This document shows, piece by piece, positions 1-9,523 of a stretch of 32,000 nucleotides of DNA. Positions within the stretch are counted from its first letter, which is position 1; each line of letters starts with the position of its first letter. The stretch lies in NCBI GenBank assembly GCA_041659405.1, contig JBAZYK010000007.1, forward strand, positions 57,126 to 89,125. Direction: 5' to 3'. The DNA comes from Candidatus Altimarinota bacterium. Its GTDB lineage: Bacteria; Patescibacteriota; Gracilibacteria; UBA1369. Under the pieces are notes generated by a model. It saw only the letters and a list, made by a program, of their open reading frames with translations, ran no database searches and was not told where the DNA came from. Made by a program: the position numbers and the translations under genes.

Positions 1-162
1 GCCAATTTTAAGGTTGGCTCTAAGGTTTTCGGGTAATTCTTTTAATGGCCAAAAGATTCTTTCTTGGGAGCTTTGGATTTCCATTACAACAAAGTCACGA
101 TCGATTCCGGCGACCGTGACTTTTGTTGTTAATGATATTTTGTTTGAATCCAATAAATCCAT
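1..162 (-). CDS. Partial CDS (C-terminal part beyond window edge), small hypothetical protein, possibly DUF3006-like
   Basis: Hand translation from CAT at 160-162: MDLLDSNKISLTTKVTVAGIDRDFVVMEIQSSQERIFWPLKELPENLRANLKIG, open to the window edge. The '..V.EI...E..WPLKELPE.L..' pattern loosely resembles DUF3006. 23 nt downstream of the hppA stop on the same strand. Confidence 0.5.
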   Translation of the reverse strand, partial: MDLLDSNKISLTTKVTVAGIDRDFVVMEIQSSQERIFWPLKELPENLRANLKIG

Positions 163-185
163 TTTTATTTTTGAGTAATCTTGAT

Positions 186-2312
186 TTATTTAGTTACGAT
201 CATGGCAGCGATGATTGGCGCAATAAGTAACGCAATCGTGTTGATAACCTTAATTAAAGAGTTAATAGCTGGGCCGGCAGTGTCCTTGAAGGGATCACCA
301 ACAGTATCACCAACAACGGCAGCTTTGTGGGCATCCGATCCTTTTCCACCAAAGTGACCGCTTTCAATATATTTTTTAGCGTTATCCCAAGCGCCACCAC
401 CTGTACACATTTGAACGGCGAGAAGGAATCCCGAAAGAATAACTCCACCAAGTAAACCACCAAGAGCCAAAGGCCCAAGTACAAATCCAACAATTACAGG
501 ACTTAAAACGGCAAGTGAAGCAGGGAAGATCATTTGTTTTAATGCGGCTTTGGTTACAATGTCCACGCAACGGCCATATTCCGGCTTTTCTTTGCCTGTC
601 ATGATCCCTTTGATTTCACGGAACTGGCGACGAACTTCTTCAACTACTTTATAGGCAGTGATTCCTACTGATTCCATACAAGCGGATGCAAATAGGAAGG
701 GGAGTAATCCACCAAGGAAAAGTCCAATTAAAACGCGGTAATCGGCAATATCAAAAATGAATTTCCCCATTTGTGGAGCATGTGCACTTAATTCTTCTGT
801 ATAAGCCTGGAAGAGTACCAAGGCGGCAAGCGCAGCTGAACTGATGGCGTAACCTTTGGTAACGGCTTTAGTGGTGTTTCCAACTGCATCCAAAGCATCG
901 GTGTTTTTACGAACTTTTTCTGGAAGACCGGCCATTTCCGCAATACCACCGGCGTTATCTGTAATAGGGCCATAAGAATCAGTAGCAATAACCATTCCTG
1001 TTGTAGAGAGCATGGCAACAGCGGCAATCGCGATTCCATAAATTCCACCACTTGCACCAAGAGCTGAAATTGAACCAAAGTAGTAAGAAAGGAAAATTCC
1101 TACAACAATTAAAATTACCGGCAAGAAAGTGCTTTGTAAGCCAACTGCCAGGCCAATGATCACGTTTGTTCCGGCACCGGTTTCTGAAGCCTTGGCGATT
1201 TTTTTAACCGGAGAATAAGCGGTTGAAGTGTAGTATTCAGTGATGATGGTAATAAAGAAAGTGATACCAAGTCCCACCAAACCTGCATAGAAAATGTTGA
1301 TGTCACCAATGAATCCCTGAAATTTTATTCCTAAGTATGGGATATCCAGGCCTTGCGTTGCAACATAGAAACCGATTGCGGAAATAATACCGGTTACGAG
1401 CATTCCCTTATATAGGGCGCCCATGATGTTTTTCTTTTTACCAAGTTTAACAAAGAAAGTTCCAACAATAGAAGCAACAACGGCGATTGAACCAAGTGCC
1501 AAAGGATATTCAATTCCTGCTGAACCGATTTTGTCTAACAATGTGGAAGAAGCCAAGATCATGGCTGCAATCAAAGTAACGGCATATGTTTCAAAAAGAT
1601 CTGCTCCCATACCTGCGCAATCACCAACGTTATCACCAACGTTATCGGCAATTACAGCCGGATTTCTTGGATCGTCTTCCGGAATATTTTTTTCTACTTT
1701 TCCCACAATGTCCGCTCCAACATCTGCAGCTTTAGTGAAGATTCCTCCACCAATACGGGCAAATAATGAAATAAGTGAAGCACCAAAACCAAAACCGACC
1801 AAGAGTTTTGGAGTATCGCCAATGGAAACGCCCAAGACGTTTACGAAAAGATAATAAAATCCGCTGACACCAAGTAAAGCCAGGCCCACTACTGCAAGAC
1901 CTGTAACGGATCCGCCTTTGAAAGCTACGGAAAGAGCTTCTTGAAGACCTTTCTTAGCAGCTTCGGCTGTTCTGACATTGGCTCTAACGGAAACACTCAT
2001 ACCAATGTAACCGGCCAAACCGGAAAATAATGCTCCGGCGATAAAACTAACAGCTGTAAGTATATTGTCGTTGTGTTGACCTTTTGGTAGAACAAACGCC
2101 AAAACCAGGAAAATCACAATTGCGAATGGCAAAATCGTGATTGATTGTCGATTGAGGTAGGCCATTGCACCTTCCTGAATCGATTTACTGATTTCAATCA
2201 TTTTTTCGGAACCACGTGGTTTTTTCATTACGCTGACGACCAAAACGACAGCATATAAAAGAGCCAAGATGCTAATACCCATAGCGATCGTTGGGACGGA
2301 GAGAACGGGCAT
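186..2312 (-). CDS. hppA: Membrane-bound proton-translocating pyrophosphatase, K+-independent type
   Basis: 708 aa, many TM segments, signature [45 protein letters not shown] and C-terminal [22 protein letters not shown]. The [10 protein letters not shown] motif is characteristic of K+-independent H+-PPases. Confidence 0.97.
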   Translation of the reverse strand: MPVLSVPTIAMGISILALLYAVVLVVSVMKKPRGSEKMIEISKSIQEGAMAYLNRQSITILPFAIVIFLVLAFVLPKGQHNDNILTAVSFIAGALFSGLAGYIGMSVSVRANVRTAEAAKKGLQEALSVAFKGGSVTGLAVVGLALLGVSGFYYLFVNVLGVSIGDTPKLLVGFGFGASLISLFARIGGGIFTKAADVGADIVGKVEKNIPEDDPRNPAVIADNVGDNVGDCAGMGADLFETYAVTLIAAMILASSTLLDKIGSAGIEYPLALGSIAVVASIVGTFFVKLGKKKNIMGALYKGMLVTGIISAIGFYVATQGLDIPYLGIKFQGFIGDINIFYAGLVGLGITFFITIITEYYTSTAYSPVKKIAKASETGAGTNVIIGLAVGLQSTFLPVILIVVGIFLSYYFGSISALGASGGIYGIAIAAVAMLSTTGMVIATDSYGPITDNAGGIAEMAGLPEKVRKNTDALDAVGNTTKAVTKGYAISSAALAALVLFQAYTEELSAHAPQMGKFIFDIADYRVLIGLFLGGLLPFLFASACMESVGITAYKVVEEVRRQFREIKGIMTGKEKPEYGRCVDIVTKAALKQMIFPASLAVLSPVIVGFVLGPLALGGLLGGVILSGFLLAVQMCTGGGAWDNAKKYIESGHFGGKGSDAHKAAVVGDTVGDPFKDTAGPAINSLIKVINTIALLIAPIIAAMIVTK

Positions 2313-2488
2313 AGGTTAGACGATTAAGAATTAAAAATTACGAATTTAGGGCTTTGACTTTTACAGTTGCATAGTTTAGCGCAACTTGTCATTTCTATAA
2401 AATCTTTCGTATTACTTTGATTTGATAATGTTGTGGATTTGTGGTTTTACTAGAGTTGTTCAAACAATTAACAATTAGTAATTAAGAA

Positions 2489-3364
2489 TTGATGATGATG
2501 GATCTTTCGATTGATTTTGGCGCTTCTACAATTGATGTGATTTATTGGGAAGGCTTAATAGAGAGAAAATTTCTGTGTATTAAAAGTTTTGAGCGTGCCG
2601 AGTTTTTTGGCGATCACGATTTAAAGAAGTTTTTTGAGCGTGCGGAAATCAATTTGAAGAAAATTGAGAAAATTTTTGTGACCGGAGGAAGAAGCCGACT
2701 TTATCCCGATAAAATTGGTGGGGTGCTTTTGGTTAAGATTTCGGAAATTGAGGCAATTGGAAGAGGTGGATATTATATGTGGAAAACAGATGAGGCATTT
2801 GGTAAACGGCAAAAATCCATAACTCAAAATTTTTTGGTTGTGAGTATGGGCACCGGGACTTGCATGGTTCAGGTTGAGGTTGATGAGAAAGGTTATGTTA
2901 AAAGTCAGCATGTGGGTGGGACCGGCGTTGGTGGCGGAACGTTTATGGGGCTTTCTAAATTACTGTTGGCCGAAAAAGATCCACAAAAATTGCAGAAACT
3001 TTTTAAGAATGGAAATAAAGATAAGGTGGACTTAAGTGTGAAAGATATTATAGGTAGTGGAATTGGTTTGGTTCCTGCGGACGCGACTGCTTCCAATTTG
3101 GGCAAACTGGCGCGTGAAGTTGATTTTAGTGATGCTGATTTGGCTTCCGGAATAGAAAATTTGATTGGTCAGACGATTGGGATTTTGGCTGTTTTTGCGG
3201 CGAAGGCTTCCGGCAGTTCCTGTATTTTGCTCACAGGTAAGCTAACAAGGATGAAAAGTATTGTTCGGATAATTCAGAAAATTGGGGGAATTTATCAGGT
3301 TCCCATCTTCTTGCCGACTGACGCCGCGTACGTTGGATCATTTGGAGCTGGATTTTTTGGCTAA
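2489..3364 (+). CDS. coaW: Type II pantothenate kinase (CoaW/fumble-like)
   Basis: N-terminal DFGAST phosphate-binding motif, FLVVSMGTGTCMVQVE, HVGGTGVGGGTFMGL, TASNLGK and C-terminal ILLTGKL...FLPTDAAYVGSFGAGFFG, typical of type II PanK. Confidence 0.85.
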   Translation: MMMMDLSIDFGASTIDVIYWEGLIERKFLCIKSFERAEFFGDHDLKKFFERAEINLKKIEKIFVTGGRSRLYPDKIGGVLLVKISEIEAIGRGGYYMWKTDEAFGKRQKSITQNFLVVSMGTGTCMVQVEVDEKGYVKSQHVGGTGVGGGTFMGLSKLLLAEKDPQKLQKLFKNGNKDKVDLSVKDIIGSGIGLVPADATASNLGKLAREVDFSDADLASGIENLIGQTIGILAVFAAKASGSSCILLTGKLTRMKSIVRIIQKIGGIYQVPIFLPTDAAYVGSFGAGFFG

Positions 3365-3406
3365 TACTTTATACAATGCGAATGTCTTTATAATTTTTTA
3401 TACACT

Positions 3407-4102
3407 ATGGAAAATCAAAATCATCAGGGTCATGAAAGTGGTACTCATCATAAGGCGGATGCCGGGAATTTCTTTAAAGATTTACCTCCAATTCCAAAAA
3501 TTGACTTTAAAAGTGTGAATTTAAAGAATCTTCAAAATGGTCTTGGTGATATTTTCGAGATGGTGAAAATGAATAAAGCTAAAATGCATGAAGTTGCAGG
3601 CCGTGAACATGAAGGTGTTGGCGTGGCTTTGGTTTATTTGCTGGTTGCTCAATTGGTTGCGTCTTTGGGTGGAGTTGTTTTTGGTTATCAAATTCCGCTT
3701 ATTGGTTCTTTTCATACATCTTTGGGACAAGCTTTGCTTAATTTTGTTTTGCAGGCTGTTTGTTCTGTAGTTGGGCTTTATTTTGTGCAATTTGTTGCTC
3801 AAAAGTTTGGTGGAAAAGGCTCATTTACGGGTTATTTTAGAGTAATGGGGTATCTTTCCGTTTTGAGCATTTTTGGATTTCTAACTTTCTTGCCAATTAT
3901 TGGAATGTTGGCCGGTTTGTGGATGTTGGTGCTTTCTTTTGTTGCACTTAAAGAAATTCATCAGCTTTCTAACGAGAAGACTGTGTTTACGTTTGTAATC
4001 GCATTTGTAGTAATTTTCGTAATTTCTGCAATACTTAGTAGTTTTGGGATGGGGTTTGGGGGAATGAATTATACCGGAAGTCGTGGATTTACTCTGAATT
4101 AG
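3407..4102 (+). CDS. Multi-pass membrane protein, Yip1-domain-like
   Basis: His-rich soluble N-terminus followed by about five hydrophobic helices (YLLVAQLVASLGGVVFGYQIPLIGSF..., YFRVMGYLSVLSIFGFLTFLPIIGMLAGLWMLVLSFVALKEIHQLSNEKT), the layout of Yip1-family proteins. Confidence 0.65.
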   Translation: MENQNHQGHESGTHHKADAGNFFKDLPPIPKIDFKSVNLKNLQNGLGDIFEMVKMNKAKMHEVAGREHEGVGVALVYLLVAQLVASLGGVVFGYQIPLIGSFHTSLGQALLNFVLQAVCSVVGLYFVQFVAQKFGGKGSFTGYFRVMGYLSVLSIFGFLTFLPIIGMLAGLWMLVLSFVALKEIHQLSNEKTVFTFVIAFVVIFVISAILSSFGMGFGGMNYTGSRGFTLN

Positions 4103-4111
4103 TTTTTTGTT

Positions 4112-4945
4112 GTGGTAAAAATTGAGGATATTAAAGCGCTTAAGGGTAATCGTAAGCTGACAATGCTAACGGCTTATGATTATCCTACGGCCAAAATTTT
4201 AAGTCGTGCCGGCGTTGATATGCTGCTTGTTGGTGATTCACTTGGAATGGTGGTTTTGGGTTATCCGGATACAAAATCGGTAACATTGCAGGACATTGTG
4301 CGTCATGCGGGGGCGGTGGTGCGTGGAAACCTTGCAGCTGTTGCTGAGTCCAAAGTGCGGGAGCCAGATTCAGCGGCGCGGGATGCAGATGGAAATGTCG
4401 GTAGTTTTGTTGTTGCGGATATGCCGATTCACACAACAGATACAGTGGGGATGGCATTAAGAAATGCCCGTTATATTTTGGAGGAGACCGGCGTGGATGC
4501 TGTTAAAATTGAAGGTGATCCGCATATTGTAGAAGCTTTGGCCGGTGCCGGAATTGCGGTTATGGCTCATACGGGACTCAAACCTCAACAGGCGGAAAAA
4601 TATGGTCTTACCGGAAAGAGTTCAGATGAAGCTGAAGCGATTTTTGCGGAAGCGGTGGCTTTGGAAAAGGCTGGGGCGTTTGCTTTGGTTTTGGAATGTA
4701 TTCCAAGTGAGTTGGCAAAGAGGATAACCGGCGTGTTGAAAATTCCGACGATTGGAATTGGGGCAGGGAAAGATTGTGATGGTCAGGTTTTGGTGAGTAG
4801 TGATCTTTTGGGATTATATGATGATTTTAAGCCAAAATTTGTGCGCAGGTATGCTGATTTAGCGACGGAAATTTTTAATGCTACGAATCAGTTTAAAAAA
4901 GATACCGAAAATGGTACGTTTCCGGCGGAAAAGGAAAGTTTTTGA
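4112..4945 (+). CDS. panB: 3-methyl-2-oxobutanoate hydroxymethyltransferase (GTG start)
   Basis: LTMLTAYDYPTAKILSRAGVDMLLVGDSLGMVVLGYPDTKSVTLQDI...HTGLKPQQAEKYG...IPSELAKRITGVLKIPTIGIGAGKDCDGQVLV, classic PanB motifs. Confidence 0.96.
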   Translation: MVKIEDIKALKGNRKLTMLTAYDYPTAKILSRAGVDMLLVGDSLGMVVLGYPDTKSVTLQDIVRHAGAVVRGNLAAVAESKVREPDSAARDADGNVGSFVVADMPIHTTDTVGMALRNARYILEETGVDAVKIEGDPHIVEALAGAGIAVMAHTGLKPQQAEKYGLTGKSSDEAEAIFAEAVALEKAGAFALVLECIPSELAKRITGVLKIPTIGIGAGKDCDGQVLVSSDLLGLYDDFKPKFVRRYADLATEIFNATNQFKKDTENGTFPAEKESF

Positions 4946-5883
4946 GTTTGTACGAACAAAAAACTGCTTTTGATCATCATTCAAATATGGAAATAATTAC
5001 ATCCAGAAAGGCGATGCGGGTTTTGACTTCCGATCTTAAATCTAAGGGGCGGAAAATCGGTTTTGTGCCAACGATGGGCGCTTTGCATGAAGGGCATTTA
5101 AGTTTGGTGCATAAGGCTCGGGCAGAAAATGATGTTGTGGTTGTAAGTATTTTTGTGAACCCGACTCAGTTTTGTCCGAATGAAGATTTTGCCAAATATC
5201 CGCGCGATTTGGGGGCGGATCAGGCTTTACTTACGCCATTTGTTGATTATCTTTTTTATCCTTCAGTTGCGGAAATGTATGGGGAATCGCACGAAGAGTT
5301 CGTAGTAGGAAGTTCGTCGGGAAATGCGACCGGAAATTTTTTGAGTTTTGCAGTGGGGGATTTGGGAAAGTGTTTATGTGGCTTATCTCGGCCGCAGCAT
5401 TTTGAAGGAGTGGCTTTGGTTTTGAGTAAATTGTTAAATATTATTCAGCCTGATCGGGTTTATATGGGGCAAAAAGATTTTCAGCAAACGGTGGTGGTGA
5501 AGCATTTAATTGAAGAGCTTTTTTTTGAAACTGAATTGGTGGTTTGTCCAACAATTAGAGAGGAAAATGGTTTGGCCATGAGTTCCAGGAACGTTTATTT
5601 GACCGCAGAGGAAAGGGAAAAAGCGGCGTTTATTTATAGGGCGTTGCAGCAAGGAAAAAAGTTGGTTGAAAGTGGACAAAAGGATCCTAAAAAAATAATT
5701 GCCGGAGTGAAAGTTTTTTTAAGTGAGCATGGATTTGATAAGATTGATTATGTTGATTTGCGGAAGGGCAGTTCTTTGCAGGAAGTGTTGGAGGTCGAGA
5801 GTGAAAAAAATGGTAAAATTGTTTTGGCACTGGCGGTTTTTTTAGGGAAAACACGTTTGATTGATAACTTATTGATCTTTTAA
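4942..5883 (+). CDS. panC: Pantoate--beta-alanine ligase (possible TTG start at 4942 overlapping the panB stop; ATG alternative at 4987)
   Basis: IGFVPTMGALHEGHLSLVHKARAENDVVVVSIFVNPTQFCPNEDFAKYPRD...VYMGQKDFQQ...EENGLAMSSRNVYL, canonical PanC. Confidence 0.96.
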   Translation: MSLYEQKTAFDHHSNMEIITSRKAMRVLTSDLKSKGRKIGFVPTMGALHEGHLSLVHKARAENDVVVVSIFVNPTQFCPNEDFAKYPRDLGADQALLTPFVDYLFYPSVAEMYGESHEEFVVGSSSGNATGNFLSFAVGDLGKCLCGLSRPQHFEGVALVLSKLLNIIQPDRVYMGQKDFQQTVVVKHLIEELFFETELVVCPTIREENGLAMSSRNVYLTAEEREKAAFIYRALQQGKKLVESGQKDPKKIIAGVKVFLSEHGFDKIDYVDLRKGSSLQEVLEVESEKNGKIVLALAVFLGKTRLIDNLLIF

Positions 5884-5892
5884 TGTCTGCGA

Positions 5893-7239
5893 ATGAAGTT
5901 GAAAAATAAGAAAATTTTGCTGGGGATCAGTGGCAGTATCGCCGCTTATAAAGCGCCGGAACTGGTCAGGCTTTTGCAAAAAAATGGAGCGGAAGTTACT
6001 GTGATTATGACGCAAAGTGCGCAAAAATTTGTGAGCGTTTTGGTGTTGGAAGCGTTGACTGGAAAGCCGGTTTTGAAGGATCTTTTTGAAGAAGGTTTTA
6101 AAAGTCACATCCATCCGATTCGGGAAGCAGATGTTTTGTTGATTGCGCCTGCGACTGCAAATTTGGTTGCGCGTTTGGCTTATGGCTTGGCGGATGATGT
6201 GGTGACTGCTGCGGCGTTGGCGGCCAAAATTCCGGTCTTGATTGCTCCGGCAATGAATACGGCTATGTGGGAAAACCCTTTGGTTCAGGAAAATATCCAA
6301 AAATTGCGAAAAGTTTATAGAGTGATTGATCCTGAGAATGGTTCACTGGCATGCGGAGAAGAAGGTGAAGGCAGGTTGGCGAATTTGGAGATGATTGTTG
6401 ATGAGGTGGTTCGGGCGATAACTCCTCAAGATTTACAGGGGCGGAAAGTTTTAATTACCGCAGGAGCAACCCGTGAATTTTTGGATCCGGTGCGATTTAT
6501 GTCCAATGGCTCAAGTGGGAAAATGGGCTTGGCTTTGGTCAAAGAAGCTTATTATCGCGGGGCGGAAGTTACGGTGATTGCGGCGAAAGTTGAAGTCGAT
6601 TTTCCTGCGTACATAAAATTGATTTCGGTTGAGTCTGCCGAGCAAATGTTGGAAGCGGTGGAAAAAGAATTTGGCGACAAAGCGAAGAATGCCGATAAAA
6701 ACGCTCGTGGGGTTGTTCAAAATTCCGGAACTTTTTTGGCGAAGGCTCCTGATATTTTCATTGCGGCGGCGGCAGTTGCCGATTATAAGTTTGCTGAAAA
6801 ATTCCCCAAAAAAATGAAGAAAAATGCAAAATCGGTTAGTTTGAAGATGATTCCGAATCCGGATATTTTGGAACGAGTTTTGGCTTGGCGGGAAAAAAAC
6901 ATAAAGAACTTAGGTTTGGGAAAAAAGTCTGGAACAGGCAGGAATGCTAAAAACTTAAATTCTTTTTTGGTTGTTGGTTTTGCTTTGGAAACGGCCACTT
7001 CAGATCAAAATTTAATAAAATTGGCGCAGCAGAAACTTTCCAGAAAAAAAGTTGATCTTTTGGTTGTTAATTCAGAAAAGGCGATTGGGTCCAATAAAGC
7101 GGAATTTTTGTTTTTAACGCCTGGGTCTAACATGCACAAAGTGCCTATTTATGCCGCGATAGTGAAAAAAGTTGGGTTTTCCTCCAAGGAAGATGTATCA
7201 CGCAATGTTTTTGACCATATAGTCAAATCCTTTTCATAA
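5893..7239 (+). CDS. coaBC: Bifunctional phosphopantothenoylcysteine decarboxylase / phosphopantothenate-cysteine ligase
   Basis: N-terminal flavoprotein ILLGISGSIAAYKAPELVRLLQKNGAEVTVIMT...APAMNTAMWENPLVQENI; C-terminal VLITAGATREFLDPVRFMSNGSSGKMGLALVKEA...AAAVADYKF...VVGFALET. Confidence 0.95.
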   Translation: MKLKNKKILLGISGSIAAYKAPELVRLLQKNGAEVTVIMTQSAQKFVSVLVLEALTGKPVLKDLFEEGFKSHIHPIREADVLLIAPATANLVARLAYGLADDVVTAAALAAKIPVLIAPAMNTAMWENPLVQENIQKLRKVYRVIDPENGSLACGEEGEGRLANLEMIVDEVVRAITPQDLQGRKVLITAGATREFLDPVRFMSNGSSGKMGLALVKEAYYRGAEVTVIAAKVEVDFPAYIKLISVESAEQMLEAVEKEFGDKAKNADKNARGVVQNSGTFLAKAPDIFIAAAAVADYKFAEKFPKKMKKNAKSVSLKMIPNPDILERVLAWREKNIKNLGLGKKSGTGRNAKNLNSFLVVGFALETATSDQNLIKLAQQKLSRKKVDLLVVNSEKAIGSNKAEFLFLTPGSNMHKVPIYAAIVKKVGFSSKEDVSRNVFDHIVKSFS

Positions 7240-7277
7240 AATTTGACTGTTCATGGGCGTTTTTTGGCTTTTGTGCA

Positions 7278-7306
7278 TTATCAAAAGGGCTTTTTTCTGT
7301 TAAAAT
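7278..7306 (+). promoter_or_regulatory. Candidate sigma70-type extended -10 promoter for the 7332-11797 gene pair
   Basis: TTATCA (7278-7283), 17-nt spacer, TGTTAAAAT extended -10 (TAAAAT 7301-7306), in the 92-nt gap after coaBC. Confidence 0.45.
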
Positions 7307-7331
7307 GATAAGAATATAAAAAACCCAGTTT

Positions 7332-9455
7332 ATGGCAGACAATCAAGGTGGCCAGTCCCAACAGGATCAAAATAAAATCAGTAATCCTTCGGAGAAGGGG
7401 AAGCCGCTAGAACAAAATCAGCAAAAAACTGTAGAAACTCCGGCAAAGAAACGTCGTCGTAGACGTCATCGCCGAAGTAAATTGAATGTGCTTAAACAGG
7501 ATGTGCAAAAGCAAAATGCGCCTTCATCTACGCAAAAACCTGATTTGGAGAAATCACCTAAACCTGCTCAAAAAAACAGTTTAAAAAAGGTTGAAAAAAC
7601 CGTTCAGGCGAGAAAGCCAAAGAAACCGGTTCAGCCAGCACAGCTCGAAAAACCCAAAAAAGTCACTTCGCCTGCTAAGCCTGTACTGCCGAAGCAACCA
7701 GCACAATTCGAAAAAAATGAAAAAACCGCATCGGCCGAGCCTGTAATGTCAGAGCAACCAGCGGAGCCGGAATTGGCAGGTTCTACGCAACCGGTACATG
7801 AAGAAGCCTCGTATGTGCCTACTTATCCGGAACAGGGGGTAACTTTTACTCATGTTCCTGATGGTGAATTGCCGGCTGCTACTCCAGCGGAGGAGCCTTT
7901 AGTGGAACCTCAACAGCAGGCGGAAGATGTTAGTGCTGAGCCACAATCTGAACCAAGTGTTGAGCCTCAAGTTGATCTTCAGGCCGAACCACAGCCACAA
8001 GCTGAACCAACTCCTGAACTTCAACCAACTGAACCTCAACCAGAACTTCCTTCGGAACAACCAATTCCCGAAGTTCCAGAACATGTGTACGAATCTTCGT
8101 TTGTGCCTGCGCACGAGGCTTCAAGTGAACTGACACCCGAACCTGCACCTGAAGTTCTAAGTGAACCGGAACCTTCATATATGTCCGAAGTCCAGGCTGC
8201 ACCTGAACCTGCGCCCGAAGTTTCAGTTGAACCAACTTCAGAACCTGAATCTGTGCCAGAACCGAAATCCGAACCCGCGCATGAACCCGAACCTGAACCA
8301 CAATTTGCGCCGGAGCTGCCAACCGATGCTTATCCTTCAACATCTCAACATCAACCGGCTCAAATACAGGAAATTCCGGTTTCATTTAATCCAAAAGAAG
8401 AGCTTGCTAATGATTGGGACAGTATCCATGAAGCCCGCAAATCAAACACGGAACGCGTGGAGGATCAGCATTATGAAGTATTGGATGAAAAAAAGGACGG
8501 CAGCAATAATCATGAAGCTGCAAGTCAAGGTGGTGGCAGTTTTTCCGCTTCTGTAAAAGAAAATTGGCAAAAGCTTTCCGGCGGACTTGGTGGTGCCGGC
8601 TCCGGTATTTTTAAAACCTGCCTGATGCTGGTGGTTGTTATAGGTTTACTTTATTTGGCTTTTACTTTCCAGCTTTATCAACGGGTTTATGATTGGGGTT
8701 GGAATTTACTTCATCCGCCAAAGCCACCGGTGGTTCAAGTGGATTTTAAAGAGGAAAATTTGGTTGAGTGGGGCGTTCAACAGGCTTTACTTTTTGGCTC
8801 CAATAACGGACGCGTTCAAGATAGATTGCGCAGTGAAATTTGGGATGCGTTTTATTTTGGAAAGTTGGCGGAACCAAAAGCCGAAGGTGAAATTGGCCTA
8901 ACTTCAGCTTATTATTTTGGAACATTGCAGGATATTTTGGCTGAGTCCAATCGTTTCATCGCTTATGTTCAACAATTACGAGAAGTGCAGTCCATGTATC
9001 AGATTGACGTTTATGGAATGCTCGATCAGGTTACCGACAGAGGTACAAAATTGTTTGATTATTTGAAGCAATTGCAGGATGCACGTAATCAAACCGATCA
9101 ATTCAATAAAGAGCTTTCAGTGGAAGTGGATAATTTGAAGATTTCCTTTAATAGTTTAACTCCGGATAGTACCCGTTTTGAAACTGATTTCTTTGTATCG
9201 TTGCAAAATTTGGCCGGTGAAAAGTCTGACTTTTTGTTGAAGAGCTTTGTGGATGTGGCTCAAAAACAGGCAAGTCTTAAGGCCAGACTGGCTGCTTTGC
9301 AAAGATTGCAGCAGTATTATACTCAGGCCTTGCAGCATCTGGATGTTCGTATTAAGGCTGTGGACAGCAATAAAGAGGCTTTAGTCAATGGTATCCATGT
9401 GACCAATATTCCGGGTGCCAACTTGAATATTATTATCCCGGGGACGGCTCCTTAG
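7332..9455 (+). CDS. Hypothetical membrane protein: basic N-terminus, long Pro/Glu-rich region, single TM helix, C-terminal helical domain
   Basis: 707-aa ORF; KKRRRRRHRRSK cluster near N-terminus, PE/PQ-rich low complexity ~aa 135-345, TM segment TCLMLVVVIGLLYLAFTF at ~aa 427-445, then a helix-rich C-terminal domain. No family recognised. Confidence 0.85.
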   Translation: MADNQGGQSQQDQNKISNPSEKGKPLEQNQQKTVETPAKKRRRRRHRRSKLNVLKQDVQKQNAPSSTQKPDLEKSPKPAQKNSLKKVEKTVQARKPKKPVQPAQLEKPKKVTSPAKPVLPKQPAQFEKNEKTASAEPVMSEQPAEPELAGSTQPVHEEASYVPTYPEQGVTFTHVPDGELPAATPAEEPLVEPQQQAEDVSAEPQSEPSVEPQVDLQAEPQPQAEPTPELQPTEPQPELPSEQPIPEVPEHVYESSFVPAHEASSELTPEPAPEVLSEPEPSYMSEVQAAPEPAPEVSVEPTSEPESVPEPKSEPAHEPEPEPQFAPELPTDAYPSTSQHQPAQIQEIPVSFNPKEELANDWDSIHEARKSNTERVEDQHYEVLDEKKDGSNNHEAASQGGGSFSASVKENWQKLSGGLGGAGSGIFKTCLMLVVVIGLLYLAFTFQLYQRVYDWGWNLLHPPKPPVVQVDFKEENLVEWGVQQALLFGSNNGRVQDRLRSEIWDAFYFGKLAEPKAEGEIGLTSAYYFGTLQDILAESNRFIAYVQQLREVQSMYQIDVYGMLDQVTDRGTKLFDYLKQLQDARNQTDQFNKELSVEVDNLKISFNSLTPDSTRFETDFFVSLQNLAGEKSDFLLKSFVDVAQKQASLKARLAALQRLQQYYTQALQHLDVRIKAVDSNKEALVNGIHVTNIPGANLNIIIPGTAP
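7740..8370 (+). repeat. Low-complexity region encoding degenerate Pro/Glu/Gln-rich repeats
   Basis: Reiterated GAACCTGAACCT/CAACCTCAA-type words encoding (P-E-P-x)/(P-Q-x-E) runs such as SEPSVEPQVDLQAEPQPQAEPTPELQPTEPQPELPSEQP. Confidence 0.9.
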
Positions 9456-9523
9456 CCAAACAGGTTGTTTTTTGTTGCTTTCGGGGTTAGAATGCGGCTG
9501 AAAAAGCGACTTATTTAGCTTTT

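Noticed and set aside
7210-7227. TTTGAC-CATATA-GTCAAA inverted repeat as a terminator for the CoA gene run
   Set aside because: The stem is short and AT-rich, lies inside the coaBC coding end, and lacks a good T-tract directly after the stem.
7899-8556. Overlapping ORFs on both strands inside the Pro/Glu-rich gene
   Set aside because: Low-complexity DNA keeps several frames open. The long plus-strand frame explains the region.
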